From NCBI GenBank assembly GCA_031554185.1, contig JAVBKE010000091.1, forward strand, positions 1 to 57,275: a stretch of 57,275 nt of DNA, written 5' to 3'. Origin of the DNA: Bacillales bacterium (lineage in GTDB: Bacteria; Bacillota; Bacilli; JARBTR01). Every line of letters begins with the position of its first letter. Positions within the stretch are counted from its first letter, which is position 1. Below the pieces are notes generated by a model. It made no database searches, was not told the DNA's origin, and worked only from the letters and a program-made list of their open reading frames with translations. Both the position numbers and the translations under genes were made by a program. Of the stretch, positions 9,963-19,284 are shown piece after piece.

Positions 9963-10409
9963 CTATTGACTATCTAAATGTCGTAATGTAACCAGCTTCG
10001 CAATGCTCTCATCAAGCGCTGCATAAGTGCGCCTGTAATCTTCAATCGTACCACCAAACGGATCACCAATATTAAGCCCATCAGCAGAAATGATTTCTTT
10101 GAGGGTGAAAATTTTATCTGAAAACTGCGGATAACTAGCGATCATTAGCTGTTTGTGGCTCTCTGTCATCGTTAAGACCAGTGTTGCCCACTCGGTATCC
10201 TCAATCGTCAACCGTTTTGAATGGTGCTGAGGGCTAATGCCATTTTCTCTTAATACGGCTTGTGCATGTGTGGAGGCTATGTCGCCATCGTTTGCGAAAA
10301 CGCCAGCAGACTTGACCATCACACGCTCTAACCGCTTACTTTCAAGTATAGCTGCTGCCATTGGACTGCGACAGGTATTTCCTGTGCAAACAAATAGAAT
10401 ATTTTCCAC
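9963..10409 (-). CDS. ywlE: Low-molecular-weight protein arginine/tyrosine phosphatase
   Basis: P-loop CTGNTCRS, DPFGG; adjacent to rpiB as ywlE-ywlF in Bacillus. GTG start chosen behind AGGTGG. Confidence 0.9.
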   Translation of the reverse strand: MENILFVCTGNTCRSPMAAAILESKRLERVMVKSAGVFANDGDIASTHAQAVLRENGISPQHHSKRLTIEDTEWATLVLTMTESHKQLMIASYPQFSDKIFTLKEIISADGLNIGDPFGGTIEDYRRTYAALDESIAKLVTLRHLDSQ

Positions 10410-10555
10410 TTCAAGGTACCACCTATTCATTTTAAATCCTTACTTCTTTATTCTACATCATTTAGCCTAGGCAGCAAATAAAAAAGCGACATGCGCTACT
10501 AAAGATGCCGCGGTTCGGGAGATGTGTGAGCGTGACTCTCTCGTATCAGTACAAG

Positions 10556-11452
10556 TTAGGTAGAGGATTTCTCTAGTCCATTAAAAAAATCATCAACAGA
10601 CTGTAAGAATTCATCTGTTTGCTTTCTAAATGGTGCGTGATTGCCGCCCTTAATTACTTTTAATTTACTGCTAGGCAGCATTTCAGCAAATTGTTCACCA
10701 TCAGTCAGAGGTACTTCAGGATCATCTTCTCCCCAAACAATCAGTGTCGGCATGTTGATTCGGCTGGCAGAAATCTCTGGCAGCGTATGCCACATTTTAT
10801 TTAGCGCTATATCATAGCCTGGCTCATCCTGATGTTTCACCTGAGCGGCGTCGTAAGGAACTGCAGCACTTGTATCGGATAAAGAATTATCCACTTCTGG
10901 AATCGCTATATCGGTCTCTTCTGTCAATGTTTCAACACCAATAGCATCGATTAGCACAAGTTCGGTAACGGCATCCGGATAGAGATTAGCTATATTCAGT
11001 GCGATTTCTCCGCCCATGGAATGCCCCATGACAGCGAATTCTTCAAATCCGAGCTTAGTCATTAACTTATAGTAAAGGTTCGCTTCATTTGGAAATGTGT
11101 AAATGAAATCGCTTGGTTTGGATGAACGGCCAAAGCCTAGAACATCGACTGAAACAATCGTGAAGCGCTTTGATAGATGATCATAAATAGCAGAAAATCC
11201 ATCAGAAGAACCACCGTAGCCGTGGAGCATGAGTAGTGCTGGCTTATCCTTGGTGCCATCACTATACTCTTTGAAGTAAATCGTCTGCCCATCGATATCC
11301 ATCATTTTTTCTTCCATTGTGATTTTTGCTGATGCTTTTTTTTCATTGGAATCGCGTACTTGTTTATTGCTGGAAGATTCTTTTGAATTTTGATCACATG
11401 ATACTAGAAAGATCATGCAAAAGGCAGTTAGGTATAGAATCACTTTTTTCAT
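10556..11452 (-). CDS. Lipoprotein alpha/beta hydrolase (esterase/lipase)
   Basis: Signal peptide with lipobox LVSC, LHGYGG, nucleophile GHSMGG, GEDD, GGNH. Start moved to MKKVILY. Confidence 0.88.
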   Translation of the reverse strand: MKKVILYLTAFCMIFLVSCDQNSKESSSNKQVRDSNEKKASAKITMEEKMMDIDGQTIYFKEYSDGTKDKPALLMLHGYGGSSDGFSAIYDHLSKRFTIVSVDVLGFGRSSKPSDFIYTFPNEANLYYKLMTKLGFEEFAVMGHSMGGEIALNIANLYPDAVTELVLIDAIGVETLTEETDIAIPEVDNSLSDTSAAVPYDAAQVKHQDEPGYDIALNKMWHTLPEISASRINMPTLIVWGEDDPEVPLTDGEQFAEMLPSSKLKVIKGGNHAPFRKQTDEFLQSVDDFFNGLEKSST

Positions 11453-11734
11453 TTTTTCACCTTTCACTATACAATAGGACTGTTTAGAAGCTAGGTAGAA
11501 TGATGTTAAAGCGCTTCTCATAGTAGTGCTAGTGCTTTTTCATCTTTTTTATTCATTGTACCCTATCTTTGCGAACTGGGTACACTTATCTTGAGGAATG
11601 TCTTGTTTACACTGTGGAATGAAAATAATAGATTATCGCCTTATTTTGCTTCATGATACAATTATGACTAATAAGAACGTTTTTCTTTGCGATACACTCG
11701 GAGAGAATTGTTTCTAAATGGCAGGTGATACGAT

Positions 11735-12949
11735 ATGAGAAACAAAAAAATATTGAACTTTTCTGGTTTTTTTGGCAACCTGTTTTTCGAACGAGGTATT
11801 TGGATCCTCTATCTCTTGAGTTTGGATTTTTCAATGGTGGAGATCGGGGTTATTCAGTCTGCTCTAAATTTAACAATGCTGATTTTAGAAGTGCCGGCAG
11901 GCTATCTTTCTGACCGAATTGGTCGAAGAAAGACGATGCTGATTGGCCATAGCTTCCTTATTTTATATTTAGCTGTCTTTTTAGGGTTCAGCACTTTTCC
12001 ATTTCTCATTCTTGGGCATATATTTTATGGAGCAGGACTCGCGTTGATTTCTGGTTCGGATGAAGCGTTGTTGTATGACTCGTTAAAGTCTGACGGTAAA
12101 AAAGAGTTGTACGGGAAGGCAATTGGCTTCTATAATGCGATTTTGATTATTTCCATTGGCATTGCAACTGGTATTGGTGGGTTCTTGCAAGGTTACTCGT
12201 GGAACTATGTATTTATTGGCGGAATTATCGCTCAATGTGTGGCATTGTTTTCAGTATTTTTGTTAGAGGAGATAGATATTCGTCAATCAGATACAAATTA
12301 CGTGACTGATCAGGAAGTAGGTGAACTGGGAAATGAGGAAAAGCCGGGGCTAGTCAAGGAAATGATGCTGTTTCTTCACTTCAACAATCGCATTAAATTT
12401 TTGATTGTTTCACTAGCTGTTTTCTTTGCCATTGCATCTGTCTTTATTATGTTTTCCCAGGAACTGTTTTACGAAAAAGGTGTATCGGTTTATGCGATTT
12501 CTTTGTTATACGCATCGGTGTCAATTGTTCAGGCGATCGTCTCATTGTTCTCTCATCAGTTGGCAGAGAAGTTGTCTCAGGGAAGGGTACTGTTGTATTC
12601 ATTTATCTTGATTGGTATTGCGTACTTAATGGTTGCATCTGACGGCGTTGTCTTTTTGATTGTGGCATTTGCTATCATTGCTGTTGTGTATGAGATTATC
12701 TACCCGATTTCTAGCAAGGTAATCAATGATGAAATTCCGTCAAAGATGAGAGCGACGATCTTGTCAATGATTAGTCTCTTTACTTCTTATGTGATGTTTG
12801 TGGCTTTCCCATTGATTGGTTATCTGTCGGATCAGTTTGACTCGTCCACTATCCTTGCGGTTGCAGGCCTCTTGTCCATTATCGTATCGATATTGGGAGC
12901 AAATACCTTTTTCAGATTGAAGGCCGAGGATGCTGAGGATTTAGGTTAG
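11735..12949 (+). CDS. MFS transporter (efflux-type)
   Basis: About 12 hydrophobic segments; motif A EVPAGYLSDRIGRRKT; SGSDEALLYDSL. Confidence 0.92.
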   Translation: MRNKKILNFSGFFGNLFFERGIWILYLLSLDFSMVEIGVIQSALNLTMLILEVPAGYLSDRIGRRKTMLIGHSFLILYLAVFLGFSTFPFLILGHIFYGAGLALISGSDEALLYDSLKSDGKKELYGKAIGFYNAILIISIGIATGIGGFLQGYSWNYVFIGGIIAQCVALFSVFLLEEIDIRQSDTNYVTDQEVGELGNEEKPGLVKEMMLFLHFNNRIKFLIVSLAVFFAIASVFIMFSQELFYEKGVSVYAISLLYASVSIVQAIVSLFSHQLAEKLSQGRVLLYSFILIGIAYLMVASDGVVFLIVAFAIIAVVYEIIYPISSKVINDEIPSKMRATILSMISLFTSYVMFVAFPLIGYLSDQFDSSTILAVAGLLSIIVSILGANTFFRLKAEDAEDLG

Positions 12950-13095
12950 CCTCCGGTGTAGGGAGATTAGATGCTGATAAATTTTGTTCATACATGTAAT
13001 ATAAATTTAAGTGGTTCAAGAAATTTAGTTCGAGAAAGCTGAGATTGTATTTTTATAAAATGAAGCTTGCGATTTCACTCGTACAATTTTTTTGC

Positions 13096-13123
13096 GCATA
13101 ATCAGACAACTTGCTAATACACT
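13096..13123 (+). promoter_or_regulatory. Putative sigmaE promoter of spoIIID
   Basis: GCATAAT-13 nt-AATACACT versus the sigmaE consensus (TCATATT...cATAcanT); spoIIID is sigmaE-controlled in B. subtilis. Confidence 0.5.
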
Positions 13124-13151
13124 AGAGGTAAGACATATTGGAGTGGTTGAG

Positions 13152-13241
13152 GTGAGATCTATAGGGACTCCTGCCCATCTAAGAAAAATAGCACCCCACA
13201 TTTTATTAATACAACAATCAAACTTTCAAATACAAGCATAA
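13152..13241 (+). CDS. Small upstream ORF (29 aa) at the position of usd
   Basis: GGAG-8 nt-GTG, reading MRSIGTPAHLRKIAPHILLIQQSNFQIQA*; lies between the promoter and spoIIID like B. subtilis usd. Confidence 0.35.
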   Translation: MRSIGTPAHLRKIAPHILLIQQSNFQIQA

Positions 13242-13285
13242 CTCATTTCACACTTCTCTTTAGACAACCTAGAGGGGGCGAGTGT

Positions 13286-13552
13286 GTGCACGATTACATT
13301 AAAGAACGTACGGTCAAAATCGGAAATTACTTAGTGGATACGAAAAAAACAGTACGCGTGATTGCGAAAGAATTTGGTGTTAGTAAATCCACGGTTCATA
13401 AGGACTTAACAGAGCGTCTGCCCAACATTAATCCGGAACTGGCAAATGAAGTGAAAAACATATTGGATTATCATAAGTCAGTAAGACATCTTCGTGGCGG
13501 GGAAGCCACAAAATTAAAGTATCGAGGTGTCAGTGAATCAATTCATTCATAA
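13286..13552 (+). CDS. spoIIID: Sporulation transcriptional regulator SpoIIID
   Basis: MHDYIKERT...TVRVIAKEFGVSKSTVHKDLTERLP...HLRGGEATKLKY, near-identical to the family consensus. Confidence 0.98.
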   Translation: MHDYIKERTVKIGNYLVDTKKTVRVIAKEFGVSKSTVHKDLTERLPNINPELANEVKNILDYHKSVRHLRGGEATKLKYRGVSESIHS

Positions 13553-13582
13553 ATGAACCACCATTTCAAATTCCTCCAATTT

Positions 13583-13635
13583 AAACTCTTGAGAAATCAT
13601 TGTAAAGTGATTTTCTCTCTGGAGTTTATTTTTTT
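13583..13635 (+). terminator. Terminator after spoIIID
   Basis: AAACTC..GAGAAATCA / TGATTTTCTC..GAGTTT stem plus T tract. Confidence 0.65.
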
Positions 13636-13773
13636 GATTTGAATTCATGAGTAAAGAAGCGTAGCATTTACACACCGTTAATCGGCTAAGGAAAATAGCT
13701 TATTCAAAAGAAGATGGTTATTTGAATAAGCTGCTACTATAGTGGGGTGTAAATACGATCAAGCCTTGAATAA

Positions 13774-13801
13774 TTGACAAAATGGCAGCACAAGATAAAA
13801 T
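13774..13801 (+). promoter_or_regulatory. Putative sigmaA promoter
   Basis: TTGACA-16 nt-TAAAAT. Confidence 0.65.
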
Positions 13802-13803
13802 AT

Positions 13804-13903
13804 AGCTAGGTTAACTTGTGAAGGAAATAAGCTCGGTTCCCGAATGGGAGTAGGTTGAAAAAATTAGAATTCCTTTGCTCCTGGGGTTAACTTAACTTTT
13901 TTT
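13804..13903 (+). ncRNA. Candidate ~100-nt structured RNA or attenuator
   Basis: Starts at the predicted TSS; ends pair (13804-13816 with 13885-13897), with inner stems GTGAAGGAA/TTCCTTTGC and TTCCC/GGGAG, then a T tract; no coding ORF. Confidence 0.4.
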
Positions 13904-14213
13904 AAATTATTTTTTAGGTTCTGAATTATATTTTCAGGATCTTTTTAGTTTGCCTCTAGTCCTGGTTTTCCTCAGTATGCTACAATTTTTCAAACACTTT
14001 TAGCTGATAGAAAAGCTTCTCTTGAGCCTATCACGCATGCATAAATCTGCATAAAATTGACAAAATAAAGTGGATACAATCATATGCAAATACCTAAAGA
14101 TGCATGGAGGTTCGTCACAATCCGTCAATAAAGCACAAAAAACACTTGAAATCACGTTATCCGTATATTAAACTTGCAAAGAAAGTTGAACAATTGAAAA
14201 GAGGCGATCTATT

Positions 14214-16163
14214 ATGTGTGGTTTTTGCGGATTTGTGAATCACATTGACAATACGGAAGATGTATTAAAGGCGATGGGCGAGCGGATTCGTCATCGTGGT
14301 CCGGATGATGATAATCAATTTATCGATGATTATGTTGCGCTAGGATTTAGACGTCTCGCTATTATTGATTTAGAAGGTGGCAATCAGCCAATTTATAACG
14401 AAGATGAGTCGCTTGTGCTGGTTTTTAATGGTGAGATTTATAACTATCGTGAGCTTAGAAAAGATTTATTGGAAAAAGGGCATCAATTCTACACAGAATG
14501 CGATTCTGAGGTCCTAGTCCACAGTTATGAAGAGTATGGTACAGACATGTTGGACAAGCTTCGCGGCATGTTTGCTTTTGTGATCTATGATAAAAAGAAT
14601 CAGAAGCTATTTGGCGCGCGTGACCCTTTTGGAATCAAGCCGTTTTACTATTATCAACGCGAAAATCACTTCCTGTTCGGATCTGAAATCAAAGCGTTTA
14701 TTGAATATCCACAGTTTCAAAAAGAGTTAAATACAAATGTGCTATCTGATTATTTAAGTTTTGGTTTCAACCCGCAAGATGAGACGATGTTTAAAAATGT
14801 TTACAAGTTACCACCAGGTCATTGTTTCATCTATCAGGATGGCGAACTACTGCTACAAAAATGGTTTGATGTTAAATATACGCCAAATTATGAAAAGTCT
14901 CTTGATGAGCATGTGAAGGCGATTGAATCAGTCATGACTGATTCAGTGAAGCATCATATGATCAGTGATGTTGAAGTAGGCAGTTTTCTATCAAGCGGTG
15001 TCGATTCAAGCTACCTCGCGCGTGAAGCATCAGAGCTAACAGCGCTGAAATTATTCTCCGTAGGCTACAAAGAAGAGCAGTATAGTGAACTGCCATACGT
15101 AGAGAAATTTGCTGAGGAAATTAAATCAAAAGTGTATGCGAAAATTATCACCCCAGAAGACTATTTCAAAATTGTCCCGAAAGTCGCCTATCATCTTGAT
15201 GAGCCGCTAGCAGATGCATCGGTATTCTCGCTTTATTATGTGGCAAACCAAGCAAGACAACAAGTTAAAGTCTCGCTTTCCGGGGAAGGATCTGATGAGC
15301 TATTCACGGGCTACAACAGTTATAAAGGCTTAATTAACATGGCGAAATACCAAACAATTCCACTGGGGAAGCGCCAGCAACTAGCGGAACTGGCTAAGCA
15401 AGATGCAACACTACAAGATCCGATTTTCCAAGTAACACTGGATGAATTGGTCGAAAAGTTCCCTGGGACTAAGATTGAGAAACGGGCAAACTTATTTATC
15501 TTTGGTGTCAAACCAATCGAAGATCGCTACTTTGGTGTTGGTAGTCTGTTAATGCGTAACGACATGCAAGCAAAGTTGTTAAAAGATAAGACATTAATCA
15601 AAGACCCAACGATTGCAACAAATAGATTTTTAAGTAAAGTAGCTGGTCAAGATGATTTAGCTAAAGCGCAGTACTTGGATTTCAATATGTGGCTTGCAAA
15701 TGATATCTTGCTAAAGGCGGATAAAATCAGCATGTCGAACTCACTGGAAGTACGCGTACCTTTCCTAGACGTAGAGGTGCTCAAAGTCGCTAGTACAATA
15801 CCAGTAGAACATAGAGTCGATGAAGAGACAACGAAGATTCCACTGCGGAAAGCAGCAGCGAAGAAGCTAAACAAAACAACTGCAAATAAACCGAAACTTG
15901 GATTTCCAGTGCCAATGCGTGCGTGGATGAAAGAAGACGAGCATTTTGATCGGTTTAAAACATTACTGACAGGTGAAGCAGCAAAACAATTCTTCAATAC
16001 GGATGAGCTCGAGAAAATGTTGGACGAGCATCGTGCTGAAGTCAAAGATCACTTTAGACAAATCTGGCTAATTTTTGCTTTCCTTGTTTGGTACCAAGAA
16101 TTCTTCGAGAATACAGCGAACCAAACGCCACTTGAGCGTGAAGTTACAGTTAATGCAAAATGA
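14214..16163 (+). CDS. asnB: Asparagine synthetase B family amidotransferase (glutamine-hydrolysing)
   Basis: N-terminal MCGFCG, RHRGPDD, FNGEIYNY, LSSGVDSS, LSGEGSDELF, KADKISMSNSLEVRVPFLD. Confidence 0.95.
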   Translation: MCGFCGFVNHIDNTEDVLKAMGERIRHRGPDDDNQFIDDYVALGFRRLAIIDLEGGNQPIYNEDESLVLVFNGEIYNYRELRKDLLEKGHQFYTECDSEVLVHSYEEYGTDMLDKLRGMFAFVIYDKKNQKLFGARDPFGIKPFYYYQRENHFLFGSEIKAFIEYPQFQKELNTNVLSDYLSFGFNPQDETMFKNVYKLPPGHCFIYQDGELLLQKWFDVKYTPNYEKSLDEHVKAIESVMTDSVKHHMISDVEVGSFLSSGVDSSYLAREASELTALKLFSVGYKEEQYSELPYVEKFAEEIKSKVYAKIITPEDYFKIVPKVAYHLDEPLADASVFSLYYVANQARQQVKVSLSGEGSDELFTGYNSYKGLINMAKYQTIPLGKRQQLAELAKQDATLQDPIFQVTLDELVEKFPGTKIEKRANLFIFGVKPIEDRYFGVGSLLMRNDMQAKLLKDKTLIKDPTIATNRFLSKVAGQDDLAKAQYLDFNMWLANDILLKADKISMSNSLEVRVPFLDVEVLKVASTIPVEHRVDEETTKIPLRKAAAKKLNKTTANKPKLGFPVPMRAWMKEDEHFDRFKTLLTGEAAKQFFNTDELEKMLDEHRAEVKDHFRQIWLIFAFLVWYQEFFENTANQTPLEREVTVNAK

Positions 16164-16211
16164 AACAGAATGAATCAACCGTGGTGAGACTTTCTCATCT
16201 AAGATTCAGCA

Positions 16212-16257
16212 AAAGACACTTGCCTGCGGGTTTACCTGTATGGAAAGTGTCTCTTTT
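16212..16257 (+). terminator. Terminator after asnB
   Basis: AAGACACTT...AAGTGTCTCTTTT hairpin. Confidence 0.7.
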
Positions 16258-16664
16258 GCTGTAAAAACCGTTATCGCGACCTTGTTTTTTTGTAAGCGAT
16301 TTTTGCAAAGAATGGCTAATTTATTTCAAAATCAGCGCAATTTGAGCAAAACCTAATAGAAATTGACCAAAAAACTGTGGTATACGAATACTTTTCAAAG
16401 ATTTTGGCAAAAAATGAATACCATTCTATATTGATTTATGATAAAATTTTTCTGGTATAATAGTATTTTATTTAATGATGTTGCTTGTCAATTGTACTTA
16501 TATAAAGCAATGAGTAAGGTTTTTATAAAATTCAAAAAATATGGTGGGATCACCTTTTTTAATGGGCCTCAGCGAGTAGGTTTTGCAGGGCGAAATAGTG
16601 TAGCTCACCGTTTCGTTTGATCATTTTCATCCGCTGTCAGCACCTTTATTTAGGAGGAAATAAT

Positions 16665-17651
16665 ATGCTTTCGTTTTCAAAAGATATTGGAATTGATTTA
16701 GGAACAGCTAATGTGTTGATTTACGTGAAGGGGAAGGGCATTGTGCTTGACGAACCTTCGGTTGTTGCTATTGATAAAAATACCAATAAAGTGCTTGCAG
16801 TTGGAGAAGATGCACGTAAAATGATCGGGCGGACGCCTGGTAATGTTGTAGCAATTAGACCACTAAAAGATGGCGTTATTGCTGATTTTGAAGTCACTGA
16901 AGAAATGTTGAAATATTTCATTAATCGTTTGAAGTTAAAGGGCGTTTTCTCAAAGCCACGTATTCTTATCTGTTGCCCAACAAATATTACAAGCGTTGAA
17001 CAAAAGGCGATTCGTGAAGCGGCTGAGAAGGCTGGTAGTAGCAAAGTTTACTTAGAAGAAGAACCAAAAGTAGCAGCAATTGGTGCTGGTATGGATATTT
17101 ATCAACCAAGTGGAAACATGGTGATTGACATAGGCGGGGGAACGACTGATATCGCTGTGCTATCAATGGGTGATATTGTGACATCGGCCTCAATTAAAAT
17201 GGCTGGTGACAAGTTTGATGCTGAAATTATTAGTTTTATCAAGCGGAAGTACAAACTGCTCATTGGTGAGCGTACAGGCGAAGATATTAAAATCCAAGTG
17301 GCTACCGTATTCCCTGATTCTCGAAGCCTCAGTATGGAAATTCGTGGTAGAGACTTAGTCTCAGGCTTACCTCGTTCGATTGGAATTACATCTGAAGAAA
17401 TTGAAGAAGCACTCAGAGAATCAGTAATGGTCATTGTTCACGCTGCAAAAAGCGTATTGGAACAAACACCGCCAGAATTGTCAGCCGATATTATTGACCG
17501 TGGTGTTATTCTAACAGGTGGTGGCGCACAACTACACGGAATTGATATGATTCTTGCACAAGAACTAAAGGTACCTGTATTTATTGCAGAAAACCCAATG
17601 AACTGCGTGGCAACCGGAACTGGAATCATGCTTGAACATTTGAAAAAATAA
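16665..17651 (+). CDS. mbl: MreB-like actin homologue Mbl
   Basis: DIGIDLGTAN, DIGGGTTD, LTGGGA; ATG 16665 behind AGGAGG; spoIIID/fabZ synteny identifies it as mbl. Confidence 0.95.
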   Translation: MLSFSKDIGIDLGTANVLIYVKGKGIVLDEPSVVAIDKNTNKVLAVGEDARKMIGRTPGNVVAIRPLKDGVIADFEVTEEMLKYFINRLKLKGVFSKPRILICCPTNITSVEQKAIREAAEKAGSSKVYLEEEPKVAAIGAGMDIYQPSGNMVIDIGGGTTDIAVLSMGDIVTSASIKMAGDKFDAEIISFIKRKYKLLIGERTGEDIKIQVATVFPDSRSLSMEIRGRDLVSGLPRSIGITSEEIEEALRESVMVIVHAAKSVLEQTPPELSADIIDRGVILTGGGAQLHGIDMILAQELKVPVFIAENPMNCVATGTGIMLEHLKK

Positions 17652-17937
17652 TGGTTTTCTGTTCTTTTAACTGGTGGAGGCTATTTTAGAAGAGCAGAGA
17701 TTTTTTATTTAAAATTGGTTAGTGAGATGTACCGGTCTTTGTCAAAGGTATAAGGCGCTGAATTGCTAAGGCATTTTCATTGCCGTAAAATCGAGTAGAG
17801 GTATTGCTGATACTAATTATTTTCTGGCAATAGCGCCCTGCTGGTCGCTACTGCTGGATATCATGGATGTTGGTCTGATGCCTTTCATTCAAATGAGATT
17901 AACTACGTTCAAGGAATCGCTAAGGAGTTTTTACCTA

Positions 17938-18471
17938 ATGTCTAAGAATAATCATAATCAGAAAGATTCTTCTACATCCACTGATCAAGGTGCAGAAGTG
18001 AACTCTCTGATTGAGAATGAGAATATGCAGGAAGAAAATAAAGCAACTACTACAAATTCAAAACCCGTTCATCTTGAAGAAGCTACTTTCTTGAGTGGCG
18101 TAGGGGCAGCAAATCAGGTAGAAGATGCTAAAATGCTAGAGGAACACCGTCTTTTGGAGAAGCAACGAGAAAGAGATGTACAACGCATAAACGAACAAGA
18201 TGTACAAATCAAATCAAAGGCAGCGGAGCTTTCCGAAGCAGTCGAGGCAAAGCGTACTCAAAAAGAGGTGCGGAAGCATAAGGGAAAAGTCACAAGGCGG
18301 TACCGACTAATTCCGATTTGGCTTAGAATCTTATTGGTGTTAGTATTTTGTGTACTGGCTGTATTAGCTGGTGCCTATGTGGGCTACGTTATCCTTGGTA
18401 ACGGTGACCCCGATGATGTTTTCAAAAAGGAAACTTGGCAGCATATTGTCGACTTGGTTAATCAATTTTAG
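17938..18471 (+). CDS. EpuA-like membrane protein (family often mislabelled RNA polymerase beta subunit) with a long charged N-terminal extension
   Basis: C-terminus RLIPIWLRILLVLVFCVLAVLAGAYVGYVILGNGDPDDVFKKETWQHI matches the small protein found before fabZ in Bacillus; start behind GGAG. Confidence 0.75.
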   Translation: MSKNNHNQKDSSTSTDQGAEVNSLIENENMQEENKATTTNSKPVHLEEATFLSGVGAANQVEDAKMLEEHRLLEKQRERDVQRINEQDVQIKSKAAELSEAVEAKRTQKEVRKHKGKVTRRYRLIPIWLRILLVLVFCVLAVLAGAYVGYVILGNGDPDDVFKKETWQHIVDLVNQF

Positions 18472-18480
18472 ATTATATGA

Positions 18481-18648
18481 CTAGGGTGTGTCTGAAAAAA
18501 ATTTATGAAAGCTTTTTGAGGGATTTTCTGACTAACTTTGCCCGAAAAAAGTCTTAAATATTCCTAATATTTGCGATTTTTTCTCCGCGCGCTATTCAAA
18601 AATTTCTTGTCAAAACCCTTTCACAAATCTTTTTCAGACGCACCCTAG
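18481..18648. mobile_element. MITE-like repeat, copy 2
   Basis: CTAGGGTGTGTCTGAAAAA ... TTTTTCAGACGCACCCTAG; interior homologous to copy 1. Confidence 0.8.
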
Positions 18649-18701
18649 AGATTTACACATAAAATTTATTTTGTGCATATGTACTAATGGAGGTAGCTAA
18701 C

Positions 18702-19118
18702 ATGGACATTCAAGAAATCAAAGAAATTATCCCACATCGTTATCCTTTCCTATTGGTTGACCGTATTCTCGAAGTAACGGATACAACAGCAATTGGAATC
18801 AAGAATGTAAGTGCCAACGAAGCGTTTTTCAATGGTCATTTTCCTGATTATCCAGTGATGCCTGGCGTATTGATTGTCGAAGCACTTGCTCAAGTAGGGG
18901 CAGTGGCCATACTCAGAAAAGAAGAAAATCGAGGCAAGTTGGCCTTTTTCGCGGGGATTGATAGCTGTCGTTTCAAAAAGCAGGTAAAGCCAGGTGATCA
19001 ATTACATCTATCTGTAGAGATTATCAAACTGCGCGGCCCAATTGGTAAGGGAAAAGCGGTTGCGATGGTCGATGGTGAAATTGCTTGTGAAGCGGAACTG
19101 ACTTTTGCAGTTCAATAA
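18702..19118 (+). CDS. fabZ: 3-hydroxyacyl-ACP dehydratase
   Basis: [35 protein letters not shown]; ATG behind GGAGG. Confidence 0.97.
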   Translation: MDIQEIKEIIPHRYPFLLVDRILEVTDTTAIGIKNVSANEAFFNGHFPDYPVMPGVLIVEALAQVGAVAILRKEENRGKLAFFAGIDSCRFKKQVKPGDQLHLSVEIIKLRGPIGKGKAVAMVDGEIACEAELTFAVQ

Positions 19119-19135
19119 AATAAAAAAAGTATAAA

Positions 19136-19173
19136 GTTCGTAACTTGAACAAGAAAAGTTGCGGGCTTTTTTT
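19136..19173 (+). terminator. Terminator after fabZ
   Basis: GTTCGTAACTT / AAGTTGCGGGC plus T7. Confidence 0.8.
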
Positions 19174-19284
19174 GTTTCCAATCGTTTTTCTGATAAAAAC
19201 TGTATGAAGTTTTTATTTCATCGTTTTTACAAGCTTTTCATCGTGAGGTAGGATAAATGTATGAAATCGAATTGAGGTGATGAA

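Noticed and set aside
10476-10549. Shared AAAxAAAAAAGCG...TCTCGTATCAG words here and at 27742-27788, both just after minus-strand stops
   Set aside because: The intervening sequence is unrelated; 11-bp matches are expected by chance in 57 kb; this is not a purine riboswitch (it lacks the TATAAT..GG..GTxTCTAC core).
19175-19260. ComK boxes upstream of ssbB
   Set aside because: A/T tracts are present but there is no clean paired AAAA-N5-TTTT at a recognised spacing.
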